Assembly (NCBI GenBank): GCA_028023455.1
Contig: JAQFVV010000003.1
Span: forward strand, 19,034,001 to 19,098,000
Length of the DNA: 64,000 nucleotides
Direction: 5' to 3'
Origin: Epiperipatus broadwayi
Lineage: Eukaryota > Animalia > Onychophora
This document shows positions 1-11,830 of this stretch, piece after piece. The translations under genes and the position numbers were made by a program. A model generated the notes under the pieces. It did no database searches, had not been told where the DNA came from, and worked only from the letters and a program-made list of their open reading frames with translations. Each line of letters begins with the position of its first letter. The stretch's first letter is position 1.

Positions 1-639
1 CAACATTTTATGATATTACAACATCACATGATCTTTTTTTTTTATGTTTACACAACTATTAATAGCAACTTTTTCCACACTAGTGTAATCTAATGCAAGC
101 TTTAGTAGTGAAGCAGTCAACCTAATACTCAGATCGAGCTTCACAGCCCACGCAATCTCCCACCACCAAACCATATTTAAACTCCATCCTTACGCATATA
201 TACATATTTATTAATACATATATTTTTTTTGCTTAACTAATAAAATAATAACTGACATATATAGATATCTTAATGTAACTAATTTTAATAAATACTTGAT
301 TTTATTTTAATTCATATATGTGCATAATGGATGTGTACATATTATAGATGAGGGAGATTAATTTTAAAACCTATATAAAGGAAAAATGTATTGATGTATA
401 TTTTAAAAAATTATATATAATTTGTTATTTTTTTTAGTAATAGCGCTCATAAAGGCTGACACAATCTTATAAGAATATTCTCAAATGTAATTAAGACAAT
501 TGACCAGAAATCCATTAGTCCGAATTAAAATGTTATAATTTTTTAACAGTAATGTAAAAATCCATTAGTGGAAATTTTATCCACTTCAAATTTTTTTAAA
601 AATCTTAGATCATATTTTAAAACAATCGTTCGAGAAATT

Positions 640-1130
640 CTAACAAGATTGCATTGTTTTTAAAACTTACATTAACAAAAGGTGCATCTGGTCAGCAAAT
701 TCTAGATCCACTAAGTGCATAAAGTGCCTCAGGTCTAGCAACTAAAATGCATTCCAAGATAAAGAGAAATAGTATAAATACTGCTAGATTTGAATCCTGA
801 GAGAAGACTCGCAATATTTAAACAGCAATGGTAAATATAATCCACACTTGTCGTTATAACTCCAATGTGTTGTGAGTAGTGGAAATTTTCACCTTTCTCT
901 CCGTTCAACATGATCTTCCCGCACTCATCTTCCAGGATCCTGTCACCCATGAACTTTAATGTACTGAAAGACTGAGTAATGAAATGCTATCTGCCTGACT
1001 GACCAAATCTAACTAGATCTAGTTCACTATGTCCAATGGATGCTGAAATCATCAAGAATTGCTATTAATTAACAAGGTAAAGAACTCTAGCTGCTGCCTA
1101 ATGTTTAAATTCTTAAGTTCAGCCTTCTGT
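640..1130 (-). pseudogene. Degenerate non-LTR (LINE) reverse transcriptase fragment
   Basis: Minus-strand translation KIMLNGEKGENFHYSQHIGV.. followed, after a frameshift, by PLLF-NIA. This resembles the RT motif GVRQG..LSPLLFNIA. Heavily decayed; boundaries approximate. Confidence 0.4.
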
Positions 1131-2859
1131 AAATATTTCTCATAACCCTGTATGTCGTTTAAAATAATATTATTCTCTCAGCTAGTCTTTCAACCAGAAA
1201 TTAAATATTTCGTTAAATAATTTGTAATTTACTTACCTGATATTAGGATGTACATAACTCTATATAATTTTCTTTTATCATTGAGCCTCTATTTAATAAG
1301 TGTAATATTTTCTTTCATCTTCATGCAACAATAATATTTCTTAACTTTTATTATCGTGTTTTATATATTTAAATATGCCTATAATTCCTCAAATTCGCCA
1401 GTATGTCATTTTTATTTTATTTTCCCCCTACTTTATGGGGTGACTAGATTAACTTTAATAAAAACAAGTCTTGTTATTTTTATCTTAGCGAACGCTTGCG
1501 AATTTGGGGGAAAACAAATTAATTATCTTATAATGTCATTGTAGAAAAACAAAGTCAAAATCTGTAGAAAAACAAAGTCAAAATCTATTTTTCTAAGAAA
1601 TGGTTTTTTTTATTTAAATAATAAGCGCTAATCTTAAAAACTTTATGAAATCAACTCTGTTTATGATGAAATAAATAAATTATGTTTAGTATAATATAAA
1701 AGCACTTATAACCGAATTCTCATATTTATTTAATGTTGTGGGAAGTTTATAGATAAATTAAAGGGGGAAGGGGAGTCTCTATTCCAATGATTATGTATTT
1801 TAATAATAAGTTTAAATAATCCATTACTGTTTAGTGTTTAAATATACTATTACGTTGGACATTCCCAATATATATATAGGTTATCAATCATTCGTCCTTA
1901 GTTTTTAAAATATATTCTTTCGTTCCAAGCATTGTATGCAAACAGGCCTCCATGTTCAAATACACATGTGTGTCTTCATGCTTCATTCCTGGGATTTTCG
2001 GTAATCCTTTAAAGTTCTCGCCATAACTCAAACCTATGAATGTCCATAAACCATATTATGATTCTACTAAACAGATCTATTTATTGTATTTATTAATATT
2101 TTTATATGCGTGTCTTTTTGCGATGCCATTATATATATGTCAACGAGCTATCCCACATACGTATCTCACTCAGTATAATCTGAGAGTAATTTACTTACAC
2201 CTGTAAAGTATATTTTTGTCATAAAATTATTCTAAATATTCGGTCAAGTGCTATATTTTGTTCTTTCTGGGAGTGGATTGGTATCTCGCAAAGATATTTC
2301 CTCATAGCGCTAAATCAATTGTTCATCAGTATAGTTATGAGCTAGCCGGAATAAAATAGAATAATAATTAAAGTTGTCATTTTCTAAGTTATAAACAAAT
2401 TTCATGTGGTGCCAATGACAATTAATGAAATAATAAACCAAGTATTTATGCGTATTTTATATAAATTAATAAATCTTATATATATCATAAACTTGCAGAA
2501 TCATTTTCTTTTTACTTAAAATATGAATATTTTAGTTATTAAATTATGCTCGCCCTGACTACATGATCTCCTGCTAATCCATATATATATAAATAATGTG
2601 AAAGGTCACGACCTTTAAATGGGTCAAACATTTTATACTAAAATATTCTGTTATATAATTTCAAATTAGAGTCTTTTTGTGTCTCCACTTTGCGATGCCG
2701 GCGGAGAGAGATAAATTAGATTGGTATCATCGGGATTGTTGCTCATAAGTTGGTAGATCTGGAAAATAGGGCAGAGTTCATGAGTGTTCCTGACATGTAT
2801 CTTGTGCATGATTGGACTCCAGGTACTTTTGCCTAGATTCTAGATCTTGTTATATGAAG

Positions 2860-3575
2860 AAACAAAACCGACCGGTACAGTAAACTGATGCTAGAAGGCT
2901 GTACATGTTAATTCCTATCTAGTGCCTACTCATCCAATATTTTTGGACTACTTTCTAGCTTATGACTTTCATCAGTGAATGGGTGCAGGAGTGTATTAAA
3001 TCCAAAAATTACTCTCAGATCCAAGACTCCTCCATGATGATGAAAGCCCTAAACTAGAAACTAGTCTGGGGATATTGAATGTGTAGGCATTAGATAGTGA
3101 TTAATATGCACAACCTTCTAGCATCTATTAATTATTATAGCTTGCATTAGATGGCACTATTGTGCAGAAAAAGCTGTTAAGCTTGTGTAAGCATAAAAAG
3201 TGAGTAGGAGTTGTTTTAATGGTCTAATACTAATCTTAGCCAAAGGATATTGATGATTATAGTTATTAAAAAATCAAATACAGTGAAATATATAAATACT
3301 GAACTGGATTGGACTGAAAACATTTGTTGTGATTTTAATTTAGATTCATAGTTTTATAGTTAATTAAAAAGGTGAGTGCTGGAGAAGTGCACTAAAGATT
3401 GGATGCATTGCTTTCAGATACAAGACTCCTCACTGGTAAAACTCATAAGTTAGAAAGTAGTCTGGGGATATTGGATAAATAGGTATTAGATAGGGATTAA
3501 TATTCACAATCTTCTAGTATCGTTTGATTACTATAGCTTGCTTTAGATGGTACTAATATGTGGAAAAGTTGCTGC
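2860..3575. mobile_element. Retrozyme-like family A locus: inverted partial copy (~2860-2978, minus) plus ~1.5 tandem monomers (plus)
   Basis: Homologous to the 5.4-6.7 kb repeat. HHR-like cores at 2946-2975 (minus), 3013-3082 and 3413-3476 (plus). The plus-strand GTC sites at 3064-3066 and 3460-3462 are 396 nt apart. Old, diverged copies. Confidence 0.8.
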
Positions 3576-5526
3576 CATTTTAAGATATCTATAATAATTT
3601 TTTTTGAAAATTCATTAAATCATATATTCTTTTTAAATACTAGATAGATAATAAAATTTTCCAAATAAAATGTATAAATTAATTTATAATACTTATATAA
3701 AAATAATAATAAACAATTTTAACAAGATTCGTTAAAAATAATCCAATGGTTCATTGCTTAAAAGTTTGTAAGTTCAGGCAACGAAGTGATGGACCTGTCC
3801 AATATCTATGGACCTTGAGTTCCAGTCTGCCACTCTATTACAGCAAGTACCTAAAGAAATTAATAAAAATTACTAATTAAAAACAATATTAATGAACAAT
3901 ACAGTAATATTATCTAATTATAGGGAGGGGCTTTGGAAATTTTTTCAAAAGTTCCAACTAGACTTAAGATTTTTCTCTCAAGTAGCTATCTAATATTTCT
4001 TGCTAAACTGATGGTATTAAATAGAATATAATGGTTCCAGGATAATTTTGATTGTCAGATAAGTGTAACTGCACTCACTATAAAAAATATCACAATTGTA
4101 ATATAATGTGGCCTTCTCTATAGGTGATGAAAAATGTTCTATGATTGCTGAGAAATATGGTTTACTTATATTTTTTAACAGTAATTTTAAGTTAGAATTG
4201 AAATTATATAAAAGATTATCATTTTGCTCAAATAAGAAAATTTGAAAGTTTTAAATTTCAGGTAGATATTGCTAGAAAATTTTGCATGACGACTGACACA
4301 AATTTTTTTTAAAGATATATGTAGGAACAAATGGTATTAAATGTACAAATAAAACTAGTGATTCCTAGCCAGTCCATCTTACCCAAGCATAAAGACTTAA
4401 TTGATATATGTACTCAATACATTCAAAAAGATACCTTTTCCAGAAGTGACAAAAAGTTCAAAGACCATTTAATTTTTGATAAAAGAAAAAATATATATAA
4501 TTAAAAAACCAATACTTATAAAGTGCAATTATAAATAAAGTAGATTATGGTAAAAGAATTCATAATCAACTTAATGATAATATATCTTTGAAAGAGACAA
4601 CAGATAAGTAAATTAATGAAATCATAGAAAAATTATTAGCTAGGCTTATGGTATAAAGTTTTGCATATCTTCTTGCTATAAACCGAGTTTAAAATCTGGA
4701 TGATCTTTGAGAAAAAAAATTTCCCATCATGTTTAGGATATTAACAGCCAGTCAAGTTAGTCATTCAATTATTGATAAACACATATTAGCTATTATTAAT
4801 TAAAAGATAAAGATCTCAGACTAATGTGATTATATGAGTGTCAACGAAACTGATTAAAATAAACATTTACCCAAGTAAGATAACTGTCATACCCCTATAA
4901 CTGCTGAGTCCATGATTTAAAATTTTATCTAAGGATTCATTATGTAGACAATCCAAGAGATATATTGCTTCAAATAATAGCTCTCACATTATTTAATAAT
5001 ATCATAAATATTAACTTTGTAATACTAAAGATATTACTATATTCCAACATCCAAATGACACAATCATCACTGCCATTGAAAAGCAGTGACATATAGAAAA
5101 CAATAAGTATAACAATATATATATATATATATAAACAAAATATAATAATGGAAAGTATTACATATGGAAGTGAGGTAAAGAATGAAGAGAATTGATGGCT
5201 AGAGAAATGAATAACTGAGGAAGATCAAAGACAGTATGCACAAACAGAAGTAATAAATACTGATCATACTATAATAAATGCCATCAGAATAATTGGAATA
5301 CTATTGACATGTCTGGAGGAAATCTTACCACAACACATTAAACTGGTTACCAATTCCCCCTTCCCCCAAAAAAAAGTTAGAAAGGAATAGATAGAGAAAT
5401 TGTGACAAAATTTGCAGGAAGATTCAGAGGCAAAACTCTCCATACAGTAGAGCCACTCAGTGCAAGCCAGAGTAATCAATGGATGCAGGAAGGTTTGTGC
5501 ATAAAATTCCTATCCAGTGCTTAGTG

Positions 5527-5590
5527 ATCCAATATCTCCAGACTACTTTCTAGCTTGTGGCTTTCATCAGTGAGGAGCCTTGGATCTGAG
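5527..5590 (-). ncRNA. Type I hammerhead ribozyme-like motif (family A)
   Basis: Minus strand reads ctcagatccaaggctcctca-CTGATGA-aagccacaagcta-GAAAg-ta-GTC-tggagatattggat. Stem I pairs cctca/tggag and atccaa/ttggat; stem II is agc-cacaa-gct. C15.2 is mutated to G. Confidence 0.8.
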
Positions 5591-6086
5591 AGTACTTCAC
5601 CTAGATCTTAGGATCTAATGCAACTCTCCAGCAATCACCTTTTACTTTTTTAGATAACTATAAAGCTTTGAGTACAAAATGAAAACAATGTTTTCAAGCT
5701 AAGCTTTTTAGTTCTCAGTTTAGCATTCATACTTTTTGGTGTCTGGTTTTTTAATAACCATAGTCATCATAATCTTATTGGGCAGGATTAATATTAAACC
5801 ATTAAACATCACATGATCACCATTTTTTATGCTTTTACAAGCTATTATTCACAGAGGCAAAACTATCCATATAGTAGCTCAATAGGATTATAGTGACTGA
5901 TTATTAAAGAACCAGACACCAAAAAATATGGATTCTAAACTGAGTTCAGATCTATACAAGTTAATAAGCTTTGCTTGAAAACATTATTGTGTTTTCATTT
6001 TGGACTCAAAGCTTTATAGTTAGCTAAAAAGGTAAAAGGTGACTGTTGGAAGATTGCAATAGATCCTAAGATCTACATGCAGTGCT

Positions 6087-6153
6087 CTCAGATCCAAGCC
6101 TCCTCACTGATGAAAGCCACAAAATAGAAACTAGTCTGAGAATATTGGATGAG
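6087..6153 (+). ncRNA. Type I hammerhead ribozyme-like motif (family A)
   Basis: ctcagatccaagcctcctca-CTGATGA(6107-6113)-aagccacaaaata-GAAAC-ta-GTC(6134-6136)-tgagaatattggatgag. Core intact, stem II decayed. Confidence 0.8.
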
Positions 6154-6495
6154 TAGAAACTAGATAGGGATTTTATGCACAAACATTCCTGCATCCATTG
6201 ATTACTCTGTCTTGCACTGAGTGGTGCTACAGTATGGAGTTTTGCCTGTGTGAATAATACTGTAAGCATAAAGAATGGTGTTCATGTGATGTTTGATGGA
6301 TTAATATTAATCCTGCCCAATAGGATTATGGTGACTATGGTTATTAAAGAACCAAAGACAACTGAGTTCAGATCTATACAACTATACAAGCTAATGATAT
6401 TGTGTTTTCATTTTGGACTCAAAGCTTTATAATTAAGTAAAAGGTTACTTACTGCTAGAGGGTTGCATTAGATTCTAAGATCTAGGTGCAGTGCT

Positions 6496-6561
6496 CTCAG
6501 ATCCAAGGCTCCTCACTGATAAAAGCCATAACTAGAAACTAGTCTGGGGATATTGGATGAG
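6496..6561 (+). ncRNA. Type I hammerhead ribozyme-like motif (family A), G8A mutant
   Basis: ctcagatccaaggctcctca-CTGATAA-aagccataacta-GAAAC-ta-GTC(6542-6544)-tggggatattggatgag. Stem I is well formed; the core G8 is lost. Confidence 0.75.
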
Positions 6562-7810
6562 TAGGCACTCAATAGGGATTTTATGCACAACCCTTCCTGC
6601 ATCAATTGATTACTCTAGCTTGAGTGGTGCTACTGTATGGAGAGTTTTGCCTTTGTAAATAACAGCTTGTGTAAGCATAAAGAATGGTGATCATGTGTTG
6701 CAGGAAAATTATGGATGAGTGGAGAGGCATGGCAAATGGAAGATGTTATATAGCTTTATAGACTAATGAAAAGATAGAACACAAAAATTCTGTTTTATTC
6801 CTTTATTACATTTTGACTGTTATCACACAATCTTGAGTCAAACATTTAATTTAATAATTTCCTGAAAGAAAAAAGCTTTTAGTATTGTACCTTAAATTTC
6901 TTATAAATTTAGCACTGTAATCCATGTTGAAAGAAATTGAATTTTAGTATCGTACCTTAAATTTCTGTCTAAATTTAACACTGTAATTTAGTGGTGTTAA
7001 GTGTGCTTTATAAAGTGAAATAAATATTGCATTATATCATAAAAAATATATATATTGAGGATATGTCTAAGATAATTACATTATCCTTACCGAGAAATTT
7101 TTTAGTTGAATAATGTTTCTTAAAAAAAATTATACTTTTATGTGTAATACAAATGTAGTATATTTAATTTAGTGTAAAATATTACAAATGAGAAGAAAAA
7201 TATTCTACATTTATTTTACAAACCATAAGTCAAATCTAAGACACAAAAACCAAGACAGATCAGTATCATTTTTTTAGCTTCCTTAATTATTCAGCTGAAT
7301 CTACAAGTAATTAAAATTATATATAATTTCAATATTTTAAAACTTTTTGGTTTAATAACATTGAAAGAATTTATAATATTTATATCAACACATTTAAAAC
7401 CATTAGTACTTACTGCTTATAAATTAATATGGTCATCCCATCTCCGAAAAAAAAGATATAAATAATATCAAATAGTTATAGTTAAGTTTTGCAATGCCTA
7501 TATAAACAAATCTGTGAATAACAAATATGTCCATATTAACTTTTTTTTAAAGTCCTACAATGCTAACTTGAAATTTTTCAGCAATAAACTTTTATGAAAA
7601 TTTTCTACATCTTGTGTAACTGTAATTCTCTATCCTGATATATTTCAATAAAAATAATCGACTTCTTTAGGGTTTCTTTTAAAATATTTTTTATAACATA
7701 AATTTAAGTTTATCTCTTCCACAAAAATCATGATCAAGTTAATAGTAAATTGTATTTTAAAAAGCCTGTTTAGCTTTTATAGTTGTAGAAATGGGATCTC
7801 TAAGATTTCG

Positions 7811-8020
7811 AATAAAATTTACATAACTTCACAACAAATTAAAATGAAATTGAATATAAGCAAGTATACTTAAATACTATCAATAATAGTAATGTAATAT
7901 GGCTATGATTATTATAAGCATTGTACTGAAAGCATGTCCAGCATGAATAAAGCCAATTTTTAAAATAACGTATATACTTTTTCTTTATAAATGTCTGAAC
8001 ATTTATATGTTTAAAATTGA
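7811..8020 (+). repeat. Dispersed ~210-bp repeat, second copy at ~12352-12550
   Basis: Both copies share aataaaatttacataact...gaatataagc.agtatacttaaatac...taaatgtctgaacatttatatgtttaaaat in direct orientation. Confidence 0.8.
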
Positions 8021-8109
8021 AATATATGTGGAAAAAAGGAATGAAGTTAATGTATGATTTATTAATTTTAAAATTTGAATTTAGATGTTGAAGTTAGGAG
8101 ATATAAAAG

Positions 8110-8780
8110 TTATATAATATTCAATTGTCCAAACACTTTACTACTTTTACAATGCTTTATTATCCATCCTTTCCTACAGTTAACAGTTTCGATTGCCCCA
8201 GCAATCTTCTTGAGAACTACAACATTATACAAACATACGAGTATAAATATACATGAACATATAATTTACAATCTATATACATCTTATATCTTTATTTTAC
8301 ATTATTCTTATTCATTTCTTATCCTTTTACATTCTATATTTATTAATCAAAATATTTCCTATCCTTTTATATACACACATACATATACACACACATATAT
8401 ATACATACATATATATATTTCCCATATATATATATTCTACTTTTATTCTTTATTTTATCCTATTCTCATAATATAACTCTAAGTTAATATCTTTCATATT
8501 TTACATTATTATTATTCACTTTACTAACAATTATTCAATAACTTATAATCTATTTTACTTTATAGTATAATTCTAAGCACCTTTGTTATCTCCTAACCTC
8601 AATGCTAAATTCAAATTTTAAAAATCTTAAAAAATTTAAAAAAAACCCAAAAATTATATTATAAAGTAAAATAGATTATAAGTTATTGAATAATAATAAT
8701 AATGTAAAATATGAAAGATATTAACTTAGAGTTATATATTATGAGAATAGGATAAAATAAAAAATAAAACTAGAATATAA
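8110..8780 (-). mobile_element. Non-coding PLE pseudo-LTR-like repeat with a minimal HHR and a terminal fold-back
   Basis: The reverse complement matches 11340-11630 and resembles the PLE pLTR (aataatgtaaaata...tgttgtag-HHR). HHR at 8178-8219. Inverted arms at 8431-8572 and 8652-8779. Confidence 0.7.
8178..8219 (-). ncRNA. Minimal PLE-type hammerhead motif (G5C mutant)
   Basis: Minus strand reads tagtt-CTcAAGA-a-gattgc-tggg-gcaatc-GAAAC-t-GTT-aactg, with a 6-bp stem II and a 5-bp stem I (tagtt/aactg). Confidence 0.7.
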
Positions 8781-11339
8781 ATTGTGAAGGTAGCTCAAAA
8801 TCGCTCCCACAACAAACCTTAGCCATCTGAAATGATAGATTTTATATGTAATTAGCATATAAAGATCAAGTTTTGCTAGAACACTTTTGGAGAAAATAAA
8901 TGTTTTGATATTTTTAAGTGTATTAATTACATATTAAGTATTGGGAATGATGGGTAATTTACAGTGAAAAACACATTTATATTAGTAATAAAATTTTATT
9001 GTTTAAGAAAATATAAACTTGGATAAAAATTATACATATTTATATATATTGATAATTGTGTTGTGTTGATTACGTTAAAAAGACAAGGACTTAAATAAAA
9101 AATAATCATAGCAATAAAAAAATAAACCAAGTATTGTAATATCTGAATGTAACAGGGATAATATTGCAAATTTATTTTATAATTTGTTTTTTTAAATGAA
9201 TCTATATAAAAAAATATTTTAAAAGATACAATGATAGGAATGCTAGTTTTTTTCTTTCTTATTCTGCATTTGACAAGAAAAGTCATCTTATTGAAGCAAT
9301 TATTATTTTAATATTTTTCTGCAAAATGGACATTTTTTAATGCAGCGTCTCAACAAATATTAATGTTTTTCTAGTTAATTTGGAAAAGGAGTAAAGGAAA
9401 TGAATGGAACATTATCTAATTTAGTAATCAGATAAGTTAAAGTAATTTATCAATTTAAATTTTAAAAAAAGTATTATGATTTTTGTTTAAAAGAAACTAA
9501 AAAAAGAAATCAGAACAGTTTATTTAAAGTTTATATAGCCAATATTACAAATAATAAATAGCTGTACTCTATAAATATATTTTTATTAAATGCAAACCAC
9601 ATATATATTTATATAAACCTGTGTATATAGTTAAAATATGAGATACATTGGCTAGAAGGATTGTCTTTGGGGTGGAGCATTTTTTTCGATTCACTATGGC
9701 CATGTGAAAATCAATATTTAACTGTCTACAATTTAAATGCCTGAGAAGCTGGATCCACACAAGATGGAAATCTACGTGAGGAGTAACCCAAAACTACCTA
9801 CTGTCAACTTAAATAAGTTCAAAATGTGCTATATAAAATCAATCAGGAGTTTTTCAACATCTATAATAAAAAATACATAAACCATAAGAACTGTTTGTGT
9901 AAGAAGGACTCTGAAAAATAGTGATGCTTGATTATATCAATTCATAAAAGATTGTAAAATTATGTTTATTTTCTTTTGTATAGATTTGTATTTTTATTTT
10001 ATTATCTCGATCTTATATTTGGGAAGTACTACTTTTAATCCAACATGGAACAGTTTAACGTAAGAAAATATCAAGACAGTAGGGGAGGGGAAGGTTGAAA
10101 TTTTTTTAATAAAATCTAGGTACTTTCTGCTCAAGATACTTGATTTTTCATCTATGAACATGAAATTAAGTACTTTAACAGAATAATTAAATGGTAAGAG
10201 TTTTTCTTTTTTTAAAGTCACTGAAATAATCAATGCCACAACATGACATGACTTACTTGTAGTTATAGTATGTTTTACTAACAGTATTCTTAAGATCTTT
10301 ATAATGAATGAATGTTTTTAAATTAATATTCTTTATAATTTTCTATTCTATCATATCCTGTGTTATTTTATTATTATACTTAAATTTGCATACTACATCT
10401 GAAGTTGCATTTAAGTTTTCATTGAGTTAGCAATCTCACTTTTAATTAATATTTTTATTATTTTGGATATATAGGTCTATATTATGGGTGTCTATCATAG
10501 GAAGGGCGAATAATTTTAAATTGTTTAAGAAAAGAAATGATAGATACTCATCATAGACATAAAAGCTATAAGTACATAGGGATATATTCAAATAATTTAT
10601 TTGCATTTGTAAATATGTTTCTTTTTTGAAATTTTTCTTTTTTACATTGATTGAGAATTTATTTTATGTTTGAATATATTTTATTTTTTTGTAAATAAAT
10701 ATTATGAAGTTTTGTTAATTGACAAGGTCTCTGTAGTTTTGTTGATTCAGCATTTACATTCAATCCAGCATTTACATTCCATCCTATAACCAATATTTTA
10801 CACATGCACACACCCACATTACTGTTTGATAAGCATGTGAGAAAATGTTTAATAAAGGTTATTTCTTTCTAATAGATAGGATGTATTATTTAGTTGTTGA
10901 TTAACAATTTCATAGATACATACCTGTTAAGAGAGTCAAATGCAATGGTTTTGAAAAAGAGTGGTGAGATATTATATGAACTGATTTAAATTATATGTAG
11001 ATATGATGGATAATGCTTAGACTAGTCTATTAAAGATGGATGTAATCCTGAGTCAGGTATTTCATTGTTATCGCTAGCATCCTACATGAAGACCCTAGGT
11101 CCGACAGTAGTTAGATGCGAACATGCTCTCTTTCTCCTACATATGTGGATGAACCAAACTGTTACATTTGGCACTATCAACTTTAGGATATGAAAGATAG
11201 GTGTACCAATACTTTTAGATTTGATGTAAGTTGATTATACATTGTGGTCGAACCAGCTGATTGTTGAAGTTGATAGAGGTATCCAGGTGTATTTTCGGAT
11301 TGGGGCATCTGAGTATATTCCATCAACCGTTACAATATA

Positions 11340-11830
11340 TATGGAAAATATATATATAGATGTATGTGTATATATAAGGGTAGGAAATATTTTAATTAAT
11401 AAATATAGAAAGTAAAAGGGTAAGAAATGAATAACAATAATGTAAAATAAAGATATTATAAGATGTATATAGATTGTAAATGATATGTTCATGTATATTT
11501 ATACTCATATGTTTGTATTATGTTGTAGTTCTGAAGATTGCTGGGGCAATCAAAACTGTTAACTGCAGGAAAGAGTGGATAATAAAGCTTTGTAAAAGTA
11601 GTAAAGTGTTTGGTCAATTGAATATTATATGATATACATTGGGCAATGCAATAGGAAACAGTGGTTATTATACTTCTTGAAGAAGACATAAAAGTTCTGA
11701 AGAAGATTACAGGGGCAATCAAAACTGTAAAAGAGGGTGGTAAATAAAGCATTGTGTAACAGTAATAAAGTGCATGGATGATTCAATATTATATGGTATA
11801 CATTTGGCAATGCAATAAGAAAGAGTAATT
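11340..11830 (+). mobile_element. Second copy of the PLE pLTR-like repeat with two tandem degenerate HHRs
   Basis: gtt-ctgaag(aag)att.c.ggggcaatc-aaaac-tgt at 11531 and 11697, a spacing of 166 nt. Both copies have G12A. Confidence 0.7.

Larger units (their letters stand above)
5425..6697. mobile_element. Retrozyme-like family A composite insertion: one minus monomer (5425-5879) plus two plus monomers (5881-6697)
   Basis: Minus-arm period 427 nt (cagaggcaaaact at 5425 and 5852). Plus-arm HHR spacing 408 nt (GTC ending 6136 and 6544). Flanked by ttgcaggaagatt (5412-5424) and ttgcaggaaaatt (6698-6710), a 13-bp TSD with one mismatch. Confidence 0.9.

Noticed and set aside
1540-1586. 23-bp exact tandem duplication (and a two-copy ~64-bp repeat at 6880-6990)
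   Set aside because: Ordinary local duplications; only two units and no spacers, so not CRISPR-like.
1920-2400. Possible piggyBac C-terminal Cys-rich remnant (KTHMCI..PVCIQC) on the minus strand
   Set aside because: Too short and broken; no TTAA-flanked TIRs found.
5264-6432. ORFs 5264-5479, 6066-6269 and 6250-6432, plus similar ones at 39161-39370, 50620-50808 and 53785-53973
   Set aside because: Chance frames in the non-coding family A repeat; they are not preserved between copies.
9640-10200. Series of apparent splice donors (gtgagg, gtaaga three times) suggesting plus-strand exons, including a frame with an in-frame TGA
   Set aside because: I could not join them into an open frame, found no SECIS or selenoprotein motif, and recognised no protein.
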